DNA of 64,000 nucleotides from Verrucomicrobiales bacterium (GTDB taxonomy: Bacteria > Verrucomicrobiota > Verrucomicrobiia > Verrucomicrobiales > V1-33), in assembly GCA_031411295.1 (NCBI GenBank), contig JANOAV010000202.1, forward strand, positions 32,001-96,000, given 5' to 3'. Made by a program: the position numbers and the translations under genes. The notes beneath the pieces were generated by a model, which saw nothing but the letters and a program-made list of their open reading frames with translations, was not told the DNA's origin and did not search any database. Positions 40,415-50,805 of this stretch are shown piece by piece; the stretch's first letter is position 1, and each line of letters opens with the position of its first letter.

Positions 40415-42343
40415 TCACGAGTCATACGACAGTTTCGGAAGCCTTTTTTCCAAATCTGTTTCTTCCCGTCTCAGGCGCTGCAATTCTTGCATCGCTAAAG
40501 TTATCCTCGCCAAATCAGGATTGGGCCCCCGCAACTGCTGGGCCACTAACTGCTGTTGGCGGCGGTTGTTGTCATATTGCAGCCGATAAAAAGAACCCTG
40601 GGCGGCCGTAAAATCGTCCATTTTAGGAGCCCGCTCGTTCAATAACCGACTTACCATTGCTGCCTGCGTAACGTCCAGCGAACCCAGGAACTGGTTCAGC
40701 GCCACCGCATCGTTCGGCACGAAAGTCACTCCCAGCAACCGATCTATCAAATCCCCGCCCAGATACCCTCGCCACGGAACCTCCCCACTCGAGGCCTGCT
40801 CGTGCAAGAAACTCAACGTTTCCTCATCCGTCAGCGCCAAGCGTAACAAGTGACGCAACGCCAAGTTCGGAATCTGCGGAGCATCACCATCAAAGACCAT
40901 CGCAGACTCAGGTTTAACCGCATTCGGTGCCGCCGGAGTCTCTGCCGCAGCCGATTGCCCTCCAGGTGACTTGTCACTGCGTTTGGCCGCTTCCCGTTGA
41001 TTCTGCGCGTCCCGACGCTTCTTCGTTTGTTCCCGTGCGATCAACAATCGCAGATCCTCCGTAGGAATATTCATCCGCGTGGCACAACGCCCAATCGCAT
41101 TGTCCTGCACGATCTTGTCGCTCAACAGCACCAAATTTTCCGCCAACTCCCCCGCCAGACGAGATTTCTCCAAATCCTTGCCCGGCAGCAACGCCTCCGC
41201 TCTCAAGTTCATTTGAAATTCAAAGAAATCCGTAGCCGATTCCAAATAAGCTCGGAAAGCCTCCGCTCCCTTCGTCCGCACAAACGAGTCTGGATCCTCC
41301 CCTGGTGGCAACGACGCCACCTTAATGAACATCCCCTCCGGAGCCATCAACTGAAAACAACGTCTTGCTGCTTTGTAGCCTGCATTGTCCGCATCAAAAC
41401 ACAGAATCACCTGCTTGGCCGCCCGCTGCAACATCCGCGCATGGTGCTCAGTAAAAGCCGTGCCTAGCGCAGCCACCACATTTTCCACCCCATGCTCGAA
41501 CAATGTTATCAGATCAATCTGCCCCTCGCAGATAATCGCGCAATCAGCCTTGGAAACTGGGCGCCTCGTTTTATCCCAACCGAAGAAAACCTGACTCTTA
41601 TTAAAAATGGACGTCTCCGGAGAGTTGATATATTTCCCGCCCTTCTGCTCAGGGTCCAACACCCGACCACTAAAAGCGATCACATCCCCATGGTCATTGC
41701 GCACCGGAAACATCACCCGGTGCCGAAACCGCATATAACATCCCTGCTTGGGATCCCCCTCCACTCGCCAGAAAAACAACCCAGACTCCACCAAGACCTC
41801 ATCCTTATAGCCCTTACTGCGAGCCCATTCCTTCCACAAACCAATGTTATCCGGGGCATACCCAATCAACCAACTGCGCGCCACCTCGCTGCTCAGTCCG
41901 CGTTTCTTCATGTAGTCACGAGCTGCCGTCGGACCATCACCACCTTGTTTCAGCAGCAACTGATGCATCCATTTGGCCGCGTCATTGTGCACCTTAATCA
42001 GCGTCCCCTTAATCCGATGCTGTGCCTCCACCTCCGGGCTCCGCGCCTCCTCCACCAGCACAATATTCGCCCGCCGCGCCAACATCTGCACCGCCTCCAC
42101 GAACGGCAGATTCAGATGCTCCCGCACAAAAGAAATCGCATCCCCACCCTTGCCGCAACCGAAACAATGAAAACTCTGCTTGGACTGAGTCACATTGAAA
42201 GAAGGCGTCCGCTCATTATGAAACGGACACAGCCCCAGATGGTTCGTCCCCGCCTTCCGCAGCGTCACATATTGCCCAATGAGATCCACAATGTCCGTGG
42301 CAGCCAGGACTTGGCGGAGAGATTCATCGGTGATGGAGGACAT
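40415..42343 (-). CDS. dnaG: DNA primase
   Basis: CPFH..TPSF..CFGC Zn finger, KYINSPET, EGQID, CFDADNAG TOPRIM; upstream of rpoD. Confidence 0.96.
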   Translation of the reverse strand: MSSITDESLRQVLAATDIVDLIGQYVTLRKAGTNHLGLCPFHNERTPSFNVTQSKQSFHCFGCGKGGDAISFVREHLNLPFVEAVQMLARRANIVLVEEARSPEVEAQHRIKGTLIKVHNDAAKWMHQLLLKQGGDGPTAARDYMKKRGLSSEVARSWLIGYAPDNIGLWKEWARSKGYKDEVLVESGLFFWRVEGDPKQGCYMRFRHRVMFPVRNDHGDVIAFSGRVLDPEQKGGKYINSPETSIFNKSQVFFGWDKTRRPVSKADCAIICEGQIDLITLFEHGVENVVAALGTAFTEHHARMLQRAAKQVILCFDADNAGYKAARRCFQLMAPEGMFIKVASLPPGEDPDSFVRTKGAEAFRAYLESATDFFEFQMNLRAEALLPGKDLEKSRLAGELAENLVLLSDKIVQDNAIGRCATRMNIPTEDLRLLIAREQTKKRRDAQNQREAAKRSDKSPGGQSAAAETPAAPNAVKPESAMVFDGDAPQIPNLALRHLLRLALTDEETLSFLHEQASSGEVPWRGYLGGDLIDRLLGVTFVPNDAVALNQFLGSLDVTQAAMVSRLLNERAPKMDDFTAAQGSFYRLQYDNNRRQQQLVAQQLRGPNPDLARITLAMQELQRLRREETDLEKRLPKLSYDS

Positions 42344-42521
42344 GGGAGGAGGCAAAAAAGCAGCAAAAAGGCAACTTCCCCACCCTCCACACAAAATCCC
42401 ACCCCGCAACCCCTCGCAATTCACAGCCACCGTGCAAACCTGCAAACCTATTAGGGACAGTGTTTATTAAGTTGACGGCCGGGAGATCGTTCTTTAAATA
42501 GGCTGAGTTGCTTCACCCTCC

Positions 42522-43481
42522 ATGCGCCGTTGCCGTCTTAAAATAGTTCACCAATCTGCCTGCTACCATGTCGTCTGCCGGATCACCCAAGGCCAGTCTT
42601 GGTTGCGCGAGCGCGATAAGATCGCATTTAGCTCACTGCTGCAGCGGGTTGCCCCTTACTGCGGTGTGGAGGTGCTGACTTACTGCGTAATGAGTGATCA
42701 TTTTCACCTCCTGGTCCGCATTCCTCACAAGGCGGTGGCTGATGCAGCGATTGATGGAGTGGAGTTAAGCCGCAGGATTGGTCTGCTTTATAAGAGTGAT
42801 GAGGCAGCGCGTGTGCGGAGCTTATGGGACGAACGGTCTCTTCCTGCGATCAAACACCTCTGGGAGGCTGAGTTGAAAATGCATTTGGCACGGATGCACG
42901 ATCTCTCGGTTTTCATGCAGTTCCTCAAACAACGCTTTACTACGGGGCACAACCGCACCCGCGGAACCAAGGGCACGATCTGGACGGAGCGATTCAAGAG
43001 CGTGCTGGTCGAGGAGCGTTCTGGGGAGCGAAATCCACTGCAAATTGTGGGCGCGTATATTGATTTGAATCCAGTGCGCGCTGGGGTGGTGGCGGAGGCG
43101 AAAGACTATCCGCACTCGGGTTTGGGGAGCGCTTGTATGGGAGATCCCATTTCCCAAAAAGGGTTGGCGACTTTGAGTGGCACTAACGGGTGGGGCGCAG
43201 CCAGGGTTTGGTTTGAACAATTTGTGGCAGGAAAATCCTCCGCTAACTCAACAGGGCGTGCCTCAAAATCTGCCGCCCCCGACTCGGGCGCGGATCTTGG
43301 CACCACCCTAAGCAAACGTCAGGTGTCACTCGTAAAAGCGTTTGTGGTGGGCTCGGCCAAGTTCGTCATGGAAATCATGATAGGGATGGCGGAAATCCGT
43401 GCCAGCGCCCGACCGCAAGCCTATGCCAGTGGCGGTTTCGGGGTCGATCTTTGGGTGGGTGGACGATTTCGCAAAAATTAA
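42522..43481 (+). mobile_element. Second Y1/HUH tyrosine transposase (RAYT-like)
   Basis: YHVVCR, YCVMSDHFHLLV, GTIWTERFKSVLVE, YIDLNPVRAG. Confidence 0.85.
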
Positions 43482-43500
43482 GCCGATCTCCTAACTTGAA

Positions 43501-44004
43501 CTACTTCTGCGCATCGGGTTGCACTGGCAAGGATATTTCCAGACCGGCAAAGCGATCCTCCAAGCTGGTGCGGTTGCTCAAATGACACTTCAGACAGGCG
43601 TTCTGCAACGCGATGGCACCGACGAAACGGAATCTCCCCTGCTCGACGGTGTCCACCATCTTGCTTCCTGCCATGATGGTCTTGAGCGCTTGCTCCTCGA
43701 AAGCGTCGGTTGCCTTGCTATCTACGTTCATCACGGTTTCGGCAGAGGCCAACCATCGGATGGTAATGCCCTGCGCCTCAGCCATGGCTTTGAAAACGTC
43801 CTTCAACGATTCTGACGGGATGGCTTTCGATTCGCCCTTCCGGAAGAAATCACGATGCATGATCCGGAGGACCCCATCGAAAGCCGCATGCAATATTTGC
43901 GCCCGTGCCCGCGCCTCGCTAACGGTTGGCAGGATCGTGGGATCAGCCAGCAAGCGACCAGGAGTGACGAGGCACGATAGGAATAGCAGTAAAGAAAGTT
44001 TCAT
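43501..44004 (-). CDS. Periplasmic mono-heme c protein (Tll0287/DUF3365-like)
   Basis: Signal peptide, DAFEEQAL, FRFVGAI, CLKCH. Confidence 0.8.
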   Translation of the reverse strand: MKLSLLLFLSCLVTPGRLLADPTILPTVSEARARAQILHAAFDGVLRIMHRDFFRKGESKAIPSESLKDVFKAMAEAQGITIRWLASAETVMNVDSKATDAFEEQALKTIMAGSKMVDTVEQGRFRFVGAIALQNACLKCHLSNRTSLEDRFAGLEISLPVQPDAQK

Positions 44005-44146
44005 GGGAATGACACGTCCGATCCTAACCCTCGCCTGCCAGGTTGTCGAGGGGACAGGCGATGTTCCATCAGCACATAGATGTGGCCCCAGCGAGCCATC
44101 CAATTTACCTTCTTTCCTTTCGCAAATTCCGCGCCACGTTGGCTGG

Positions 44147-45265
44147 ATGATTGAATCCGCTTCTGAACCCTCTGCCCCCATCCCTGCTTCTGTTCGTGAT
44201 GCCAGCACCCTGCTGGGCCTCACGCCGGAGGAGGCATTGACCGTGGTGCAGGAATGGGGGGAGCCAAAGTATCGGGCTCAGCAGATCATTCAATGGATCT
44301 ATGAACGTCGCGTTACTGCGGTAGCCAACATGACGAATCTGAGCCGGGGCTTGCGTGAAAAATTGACGGAATGGAAGCCGTTGCGCACGATGCAAATCGC
44401 CCAAGTTCAGGGGGCGCAGGACGCCACGCAGAAGTTTCTCTTTCGGCTGCAGGACCGTCGCTATGTGGAGAGTGTATTCATTCGCGCCAATGTGACTGAT
44501 GATGGCGAGCGCGCAGATCGTCGGACGCTGTGTGTTTCCAGTCAGGTGGGATGTGCCTATGATTGTAAATTCTGCGCGAGCGGCCTCGCAGGATTCACGA
44601 GAAATCTGCGAGCGGATGAGATCATCGAGCAAGTGATGCAGGTGGAGGCGCACAGCGGACAGCGCGTGGACAACATGGTGTTCATGGGCATGGGGGAACC
44701 GTTGGCTAACCTGACGAACTTGCTCAAGGCGTTGACCATTCTTCAGGCTCCCTGGGGCATTGGCATTGGGGCTCGTCACATGACCGTCTCCACCAGTGGC
44801 TTGGCTCCGCAGATCAAGAAACTGGCAGATGCGCCTGTGCCCGTGCGCTTGGCCATCAGCCTGCATGGGGCCACTGACGCGGTGCGCAGCCAGATCATGC
44901 CGGTGAACGATAAGTATCCACTCGATGTCCTGTTTGAGGCGCTGACTTATTTCAAGGAGCGGCGGAAACAAAAAATCAGCTTCGAATACATTTTGATTGA
45001 GGGCGTAAACGACGGCTTGGAGCAGGCCCGGGTGCTGGCGCGCAGGGCGCGGGGACTGTCAGCGAAGATCAATTTGATTCCGTATAATACCGTGGAAGGA
45101 CTGCCGTGGAAGCGCCCCGAAGTAGCGCAGCAACAAGCCTTCTGTGACGTGCTGAACAACGCCGGAATTACGGCCACCATCCGCCATGAGAAGGGGCACG
45201 ACATTGACGCAGCCTGCGGCCAGCTTCGTTTGCGTCAGGAGCAAGCAGATGGCACTGTCAGTTAG
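44147..45265 (+). CDS. rlmN: 23S rRNA m2A2503 / tRNA methyltransferase (radical SAM)
   Basis: CVSSQVGCAYDCKFC, MGMGEP, ISLH, NLIPYN, IDAACGQL. Confidence 0.95.
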   Translation: MIESASEPSAPIPASVRDASTLLGLTPEEALTVVQEWGEPKYRAQQIIQWIYERRVTAVANMTNLSRGLREKLTEWKPLRTMQIAQVQGAQDATQKFLFRLQDRRYVESVFIRANVTDDGERADRRTLCVSSQVGCAYDCKFCASGLAGFTRNLRADEIIEQVMQVEAHSGQRVDNMVFMGMGEPLANLTNLLKALTILQAPWGIGIGARHMTVSTSGLAPQIKKLADAPVPVRLAISLHGATDAVRSQIMPVNDKYPLDVLFEALTYFKERRKQKISFEYILIEGVNDGLEQARVLARRARGLSAKINLIPYNTVEGLPWKRPEVAQQQAFCDVLNNAGITATIRHEKGHDIDAACGQLRLRQEQADGTVS

Positions 45266-45272
45266 GGTAACC

Positions 45273-48200
45273 TCACGGTGGGGTGGTGACGAGCAATCGC
45301 CCAAAACGACGCCACTGATTCGTGGTGGGATTGGGATCAGTGAAGCGCCACTGGGTTCGTCCGAACTCAGAAGGGCTCATGGTGGGAGTGGTTACCTCGG
45401 CCAATCCACTGGTAAAATTTAGGTTATCGGCAAATTGCGCGCGCAGCACAAAATTTGCCGACAAACCATCCAGCACGGCGGTAGCAATCTGCAGGTGGCC
45501 GGTCTCACTGAGTTGCACGGTCGTAGTGCTACCGAAGTCGTGGGATTGAGGGTTGCTACCACGGGCATATTCTAAAATGTTAGGAAACCCATCACGATCC
45601 GGGTCTCCATTCCCCAAAGTTTCCGGTCCATTACCCGGCAAATTTACGGCCCGCCAGGAGGCATACGTGGCAGCCAGAAGGACGTTGAATTTTACGATTC
45701 GATGAGCGATGTAAGTCTGGCCCGCGGCCGCCTGCGTGTAAGTGACATCCACGGTGGCGTAGGTTGCCGCTTGCGGGGTGCCACTGATAACGCCGGTGTT
45801 CGCATGCATCGTTAATCCGTTTGGCAATCCGGTGGCCGCATACGTTCCACCGCTCCATGAACAATCAAACGCCAGTGAACTGGGCGTGCCGACAAAGAGG
45901 TAGGCTTCCGCTGACCCGACGAGGCTGGGGCCCACCAGGGCCAGCGAATGATAGCCTCCAGCGGAAATAGCCTTCACGGCACCCAATCCAGCGGGCACCG
46001 TGCTTTGCCCGTAGTCCTGATAACCCCAGGCGACTACGGTGCCGTCGCCTCTGAGAGCCAAGGCATGATAATTCCCTGCCGAGATGGCGACCACGCCATG
46101 CAACCCCGGCGGCACCGCGGACTGCCCGGCATCGTTGCTGCCCCATGCCACCACGGTGCCGTCGCTCTTGAGGGCTAACGAATACGAAAAACCGGCGGAT
46201 ACAGCCACGACGCCTGACAGGCCGATCGGCACCTCAATTTGGTGATCATCATTATTCCCCCACGCCACCACGGTTCCATTACTGCGCAGCGCCAGTGAAT
46301 GCCACGCTCCTGCAGCAATGGCCACAACATCAGTCAACCCGACGGGCACTGCCAGTTGGTTATATTCGTTGGAGCCCCATGCCGCGAGCGTGCCATTAGC
46401 TTTTAAGGCCAGGGAATGCGCCGCCCCGGCAGCGATTCCAACCACGCCGCCGAGTCCACTGGGAACCGTGCTTTGACCGGTATCGTTATACCCCCACGCC
46501 ACCACACTACCGTCTGCGCGGAGAGCCAGCGAGTGAACATAACCTGCCGCAATGGCGATCACATTGGTCAATCCGGGTGGAACGGTGCTTTGTCCGTATG
46601 AATCCTCGCCCCAACCCTGCACCGTGCCATCGCGCTTGAGGAACAAAGCGTATTGCTCGCCAGCAGCAATGGCCATGGCGTCGCGCACCCCACTGGGCAG
46701 GACGGTTTGGCCGTAACTATTCTCACCCCAGGCAGCAATCGGGCTCACCTCAAAACTAAGTGTGGTCTCTGTGAAACCAAAACTGTTGGTGAAACGAAAC
46801 ACCACCGGGTAGATTCCCAATCGAGTCGGCATTCCCACCAGCGTTCCCTCCACGGGGTCCACCGTGAGGCCGGAGGGCAGACCTGTGGCGGTGATCGTCA
46901 TGGGAGTTTGCCCGCCCGCAAAGACCGCGCCTGGGGGCCGCTGACCTAGCGTCCAAACGGACGGCAGGGTGCTGTTGGCATAGACGGGAGCGCCTGGGAC
47001 GTGCAATGTTAGGGTTGCCGTCGCACTTCCACTGGCGTTGGTCGCAGTGAGTTGCACCGCAAACTCTCCGGCCTCAGTGGGCGTGCCAGTGATGACGCCA
47101 GTCGTCGCATTTAAACTCAAGCCCTGCGGCAGTCCCGAGGCCAGGAAACTGGCGGCGGGACTGGCAGTTCTGATTTGATAGTAAAATGATCCGTAGCCGC
47201 CGATGGTGACAGCTCGCACCGGACTGATAATGATCGGCTGCGCATTCGGCTTACCCACCAAGGCCAGCGAGTAGTTATTGGCCGCCGTGATTGCAGCCAT
47301 ACTAGTCAGCCCAGCGGGCACGGTGCCTTGCCCCTGGGAATTGGCACCCCAACTAACCAACGTCCCATCGCGCTTCAAGGCCACGGAGTGCGACTCTCCT
47401 GCAGCGATGCCCACGACGTCCGTCAGGCCTGCGGGCACCGTGCTTTTGCCAGACGTCTGTTGGCCCCACGCCACCACCGTTCCATCGTTTCGCAACGCCA
47501 AGACATGCCAAGTTCCTGCGGCAATTGCCACCACGTTATTTAGTCCTGCTGGCATGCTGGTGGCTCCGGGTCCCGGGTAGCCCCAAGTCACCACCGTCCC
47601 ATCGCTCAGCAGCGCCAGCGAGAAGGTCGCGCCAGCGGCTATGCCGACCACCCCGGTTAGTCCCGTTGGCACGGCGGATTGCCCATAGCCGAAATCCCCC
47701 CACGCCACCACGGTTCCATTGCTGCGCAACGCCAGCGAGTGGTTCTTCCCAGCCGCGATCGCTACGACCCCGCTGAGGAATGTTGGGACGGAACTTTGCT
47801 GATAGGTGTTATTCCCCCACCCGACCACCAACCCATCGCTTTTCAGTGCCAGCGAATGAGATCCACCAGCCGCAATGGCCACCACGTTGGCAAGCCCCGC
47901 CGGCACCATGGATTGGTTGGACGCATTACTGCCCCAAGCCACCACCGTGCCATTTTGGCGGAGCGCCAGCGCGTGGCTTGCGCCAGCAGTCAGGCTCACA
48001 ATGTCTTTGAGTCCCAATGGCAGCGCTGGATTGGCGCCCCAAGCGGTCACCGGGGAAACTTCAATCGCGAATGACCGCTCGACGAAACCAATGTTATTGG
48101 CAAAGCGGAAGACCACATTATAGAGGCCGGGTTGCAGGGGCGCGCCAATAATGGTTCCCTGCACGGGATCGATCGTGGTGCCCAATGGAAGACCGGTGGC

Positions 48201-50765
48201 GGAGATCGTCGGCAGGGCGGTCGCGATGACCTGCCCGGCGGGACGCTGGCCGATGAGCCAGAGTGCGGGCAGCGTGTTACTCCTGAAGATCGGAGCCCCG
48301 GTCACGTAGAGCGTTAAGAGAGCACTGGTGCTACCGTTGGCATTCGTCGCACCGAGGACCACTGGAAAAGTCCCGGAGACCGTCGGCGTGCCAGCAATGA
48401 TACCCGTAGCCGAATCCAGCGTGAGCCCCGTGGGAAGCCCTGATGCAGTATGACTGGTCGCTCCATTCAGGGTTAGGATGCGGTAGAGAAAATTTCCACT
48501 GCCTCCCGCCGCCAAGGCACGAGCTGGACTCACAATGCTGGGAGGACCGCTACTACTGCCGTTGATCGCTAGGAAATGACTTCCTCCAGCCGCCAGACTA
48601 ACCGCATGATTGAGCCCCACTGGCACCGTGCCTCCAGCGGCCAAAAGCACCACCGTGCCGTCGCCCTTGAGGGCCAATGATTGTTTCCCGGAGGCGATGG
48701 CCACCACTTCATTTAACCCCACTGGCACCGCAATCTCGTCGCCCCAGGCCACCACCGATCCGTCTGCCTTGAGCGCCACCGAGTGTTTCTCACCCGCCCC
48801 AATCGCCACAACTCCGCTTAAGCCAGCAGGCACGCTTTGTTGACCGTAAGTATTATCTCCCCACGCCACGACCACACCATCGCTACGCAGGGCTACGGAA
48901 TGTTCTTTGCCAGCGGCAATCGCTATGACGCTGCTCAAACCTGCGGGCACACTGATTTGTCCCTGTTTGTTTTCTCCCCACCCCGCCACGAGCCCATCAT
49001 CCAACAGCGCGAGCGAGTGCCGTCCTCCAGCCGCCAGGGCTATCACCCCCGTGAGTCCGGACGGCACGGTGCTTTGGCCCATTTGGTTACTGCCCCAGGC
49101 CGCCACCGTTCCATCTTGCCGCAACGCCAACGAGTGAGCGTCCCCGGCCGCCAGCGCGATCACATTGGCCAATCCTGCCGGCACCGTGCTTTGGTTGTAA
49201 AAATTGTATCCCCACGCAACCACCGTGCCATCATTTTTCAAAGCCAGCGAGTGCCCATTTCCCGCCGCCACCGCACGAGCGGCGGTTAATCCCAGCGGCA
49301 GCGTGGTGGCACCAAAATCATTATTGCCCCAGGCCACCACAGGCGAGACTTCGAACGTCTGCGTCGTTTGCACCGACCCAAAACCACTCTGCGCCTGCAC
49401 GGCCACGGAGTAACTTCCCACCTGCTGCGGGGAGCCCAGAATCGTGCCCAGCGTGGGATCGACGCTCGTCCCAGGCGGCAGCCCCGTGGCCGTTATCGTC
49501 GGTTGATTCGTGATCGCAAATTCTCCAGGCGGATTTATCCCCACCGACCACACGGGCGGCAACGTGCTTCCCATCAGCACTGGGGCCCCGGTCAGGCTAA
49601 GCGTTAGGAAGACAGTGTCACTCCCCGCCCCATTCGTGGCCCCGAGTGTCACCACGAAATTTCCGGCAACAGAGGGAGTGCCTGCAATGACGCCCGTGCC
49701 GGCATCGAAATTCAATCCTGCGGGCAGTCCACTGGCACTGAAGCTCGTGGCCGGACTGGCCGTGCGGATTTGATAGTGAAATGATCCGTAACCCCCAGTG
49801 GCGACCGCCCTGCGCGGACTCACAATGTGCGGCAGTCCACTAATATTACCGGCTAATCCGAGCGAGAAATTTCCTCCGGCGGCTACACTCGTCACCCCTG
49901 CTAACCCCTGCGGTAGCGAGCTTTGGCTCAGATAATTACTGCCCCATTGCACCGCCGTGCCATTGCCCCTGAGCGCGATGGAATGCGAGCCACCGGCGGC
50001 TAACGCGACCACGCCATTCAGGCCCGCCGGAACCGTGGCTTGGCCGTAGTAATCGTAGCCCCACGCCACCACCGTGCCATCAATCCGCAAGGCCAGCGAG
50101 TGTGCCCCACCGGCGGCAATGGCCACCACTCCGCTCAATCCCGGGGGAACCGCCGTTTGCCCGGAATAATTGTAACCCCACGCCACCACCGTGCCATTGC
50201 TGCGCAGCGCCAGCGAGTGGGAACCACCGGCTGCGATGGCCACCACGCCACTGAGGCTTGGCGGGACGGTGCTCTGCGCGTTGTCATTGGCACCCCAGGC
50301 GACCACCGTGCCGTCCTGCTTCAGCGCCAGCGAATGGAAATAGCCGCAGGCAATGGCCATCACGTTAGTCAATCCGCCGGGCACCGTGCTCTCCCCCACG
50401 GAATCCGAACCCCAAGCCACCACCGAGCCATCACCGCGCAAAGCCAGCGAGTGCCCCCCTGCCGCCGCAATCTCAACCACGTTGGCAAGCCCGGAAGGCA
50501 CCATGCTCTGACCGCTGGCATTGCTGCCCCAAGCCCGCACCGTGCCATTGGTTTGCAACGCCAAACCATGCCCGGCACCCGCCGCCAGCGCAATGGTATC
50601 GGTTAAATCCGTCGGCACTGTCTGCACCGCTCCGGCCCCACCCCACGCACTTACCGTTTGCGCATAGCCCGGCACCATCCAGCCGGCCCACAGCCAGAGG
50701 CTGGTATGCAGGAGTCGCAGGAAAGATTGTTTGGGAGGGGTGGTCGCAGATTGGGGGGACAACAT
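45273..50765 (-). CDS. Giant secreted RCC1/BLIP-II-repeat protein with putative Ig domains
   Basis: Four blocks of ~38-aa AIAAG..HSLAL..DGTVVAWG repeats separated by ASGLP.GL...GTP Ig-like domains; C-terminal DPDRDGFPNILEY domain. Confidence 0.9.
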   Translation of the reverse strand: MLSPQSATTPPKQSFLRLLHTSLWLWAGWMVPGYAQTVSAWGGAGAVQTVPTDLTDTIALAAGAGHGLALQTNGTVRAWGSNASGQSMVPSGLANVVEIAAAGGHSLALRGDGSVVAWGSDSVGESTVPGGLTNVMAIACGYFHSLALKQDGTVVAWGANDNAQSTVPPSLSGVVAIAAGGSHSLALRSNGTVVAWGYNYSGQTAVPPGLSGVVAIAAGGAHSLALRIDGTVVAWGYDYYGQATVPAGLNGVVALAAGGSHSIALRGNGTAVQWGSNYLSQSSLPQGLAGVTSVAAGGNFSLGLAGNISGLPHIVSPRRAVATGGYGSFHYQIRTASPATSFSASGLPAGLNFDAGTGVIAGTPSVAGNFVVTLGATNGAGSDTVFLTLSLTGAPVLMGSTLPPVWSVGINPPGEFAITNQPTITATGLPPGTSVDPTLGTILGSPQQVGSYSVAVQAQSGFGSVQTTQTFEVSPVVAWGNNDFGATTLPLGLTAARAVAAGNGHSLALKNDGTVVAWGYNFYNQSTVPAGLANVIALAAGDAHSLALRQDGTVAAWGSNQMGQSTVPSGLTGVIALAAGGRHSLALLDDGLVAGWGENKQGQISVPAGLSSVIAIAAGKEHSVALRSDGVVVAWGDNTYGQQSVPAGLSGVVAIGAGEKHSVALKADGSVVAWGDEIAVPVGLNEVVAIASGKQSLALKGDGTVVLLAAGGTVPVGLNHAVSLAAGGSHFLAINGSSSGPPSIVSPARALAAGGSGNFLYRILTLNGATSHTASGLPTGLTLDSATGIIAGTPTVSGTFPVVLGATNANGSTSALLTLYVTGAPIFRSNTLPALWLIGQRPAGQVIATALPTISATGLPLGTTIDPVQGTIIGAPLQPGLYNVVFRFANNIGFVERSFAIEVSPVTAWGANPALPLGLKDIVSLTAGASHALALRQNGTVVAWGSNASNQSMVPAGLANVVAIAAGGSHSLALKSDGLVVGWGNNTYQQSSVPTFLSGVVAIAAGKNHSLALRSNGTVVAWGDFGYGQSAVPTGLTGVVGIAAGATFSLALLSDGTVVTWGYPGPGATSMPAGLNNVVAIAAGTWHVLALRNDGTVVAWGQQTSGKSTVPAGLTDVVGIAAGESHSVALKRDGTLVSWGANSQGQGTVPAGLTSMAAITAANNYSLALVGKPNAQPIIISPVRAVTIGGYGSFYYQIRTASPAASFLASGLPQGLSLNATTGVITGTPTEAGEFAVQLTATNASGSATATLTLHVPGAPVYANSTLPSVWTLGQRPPGAVFAGGQTPMTITATGLPSGLTVDPVEGTLVGMPTRLGIYPVVFRFTNSFGFTETTLSFEVSPIAAWGENSYGQTVLPSGVRDAMAIAAGEQYALFLKRDGTVQGWGEDSYGQSTVPPGLTNVIAIAAGYVHSLALRADGSVVAWGYNDTGQSTVPSGLGGVVGIAAGAAHSLALKANGTLAAWGSNEYNQLAVPVGLTDVVAIAAGAWHSLALRSNGTVVAWGNNDDHQIEVPIGLSGVVAVSAGFSYSLALKSDGTVVAWGSNDAGQSAVPPGLHGVVAISAGNYHALALRGDGTVVAWGYQDYGQSTVPAGLGAVKAISAGGYHSLALVGPSLVGSAEAYLFVGTPSSLAFDCSWSGGTYAATGLPNGLTMHANTGVISGTPQAATYATVDVTYTQAAAGQTYIAHRIVKFNVLLAATYASWRAVNLPGNGPETLGNGDPDRDGFPNILEYARGSNPQSHDFGSTTTVQLSETGHLQIATAVLDGLSANFVLRAQFADNLNFTSGLAEVTTPTMSPSEFGRTQWRFTDPNPTTNQWRRFGRLLVTTPP

Positions 50766-50805
50766 GACGAGCTAGAGTATAATTTCCGCGCGCCCAGCAC
50801 CAGAC

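Noticed and set aside
41492..42454. 320-aa ORF antisense to dnaG (and similar long antisense ORFs at 7622-8842, 16622-17527 and 36582-37409)
   Set aside because: Shadow ORFs caused by high GC and codon bias; no motifs.
43613..44146. Long N-terminal extension of RlmN in the ORF track
   Set aside because: Antisense shadow of the heme-c protein gene; RlmN homology starts near 44147.
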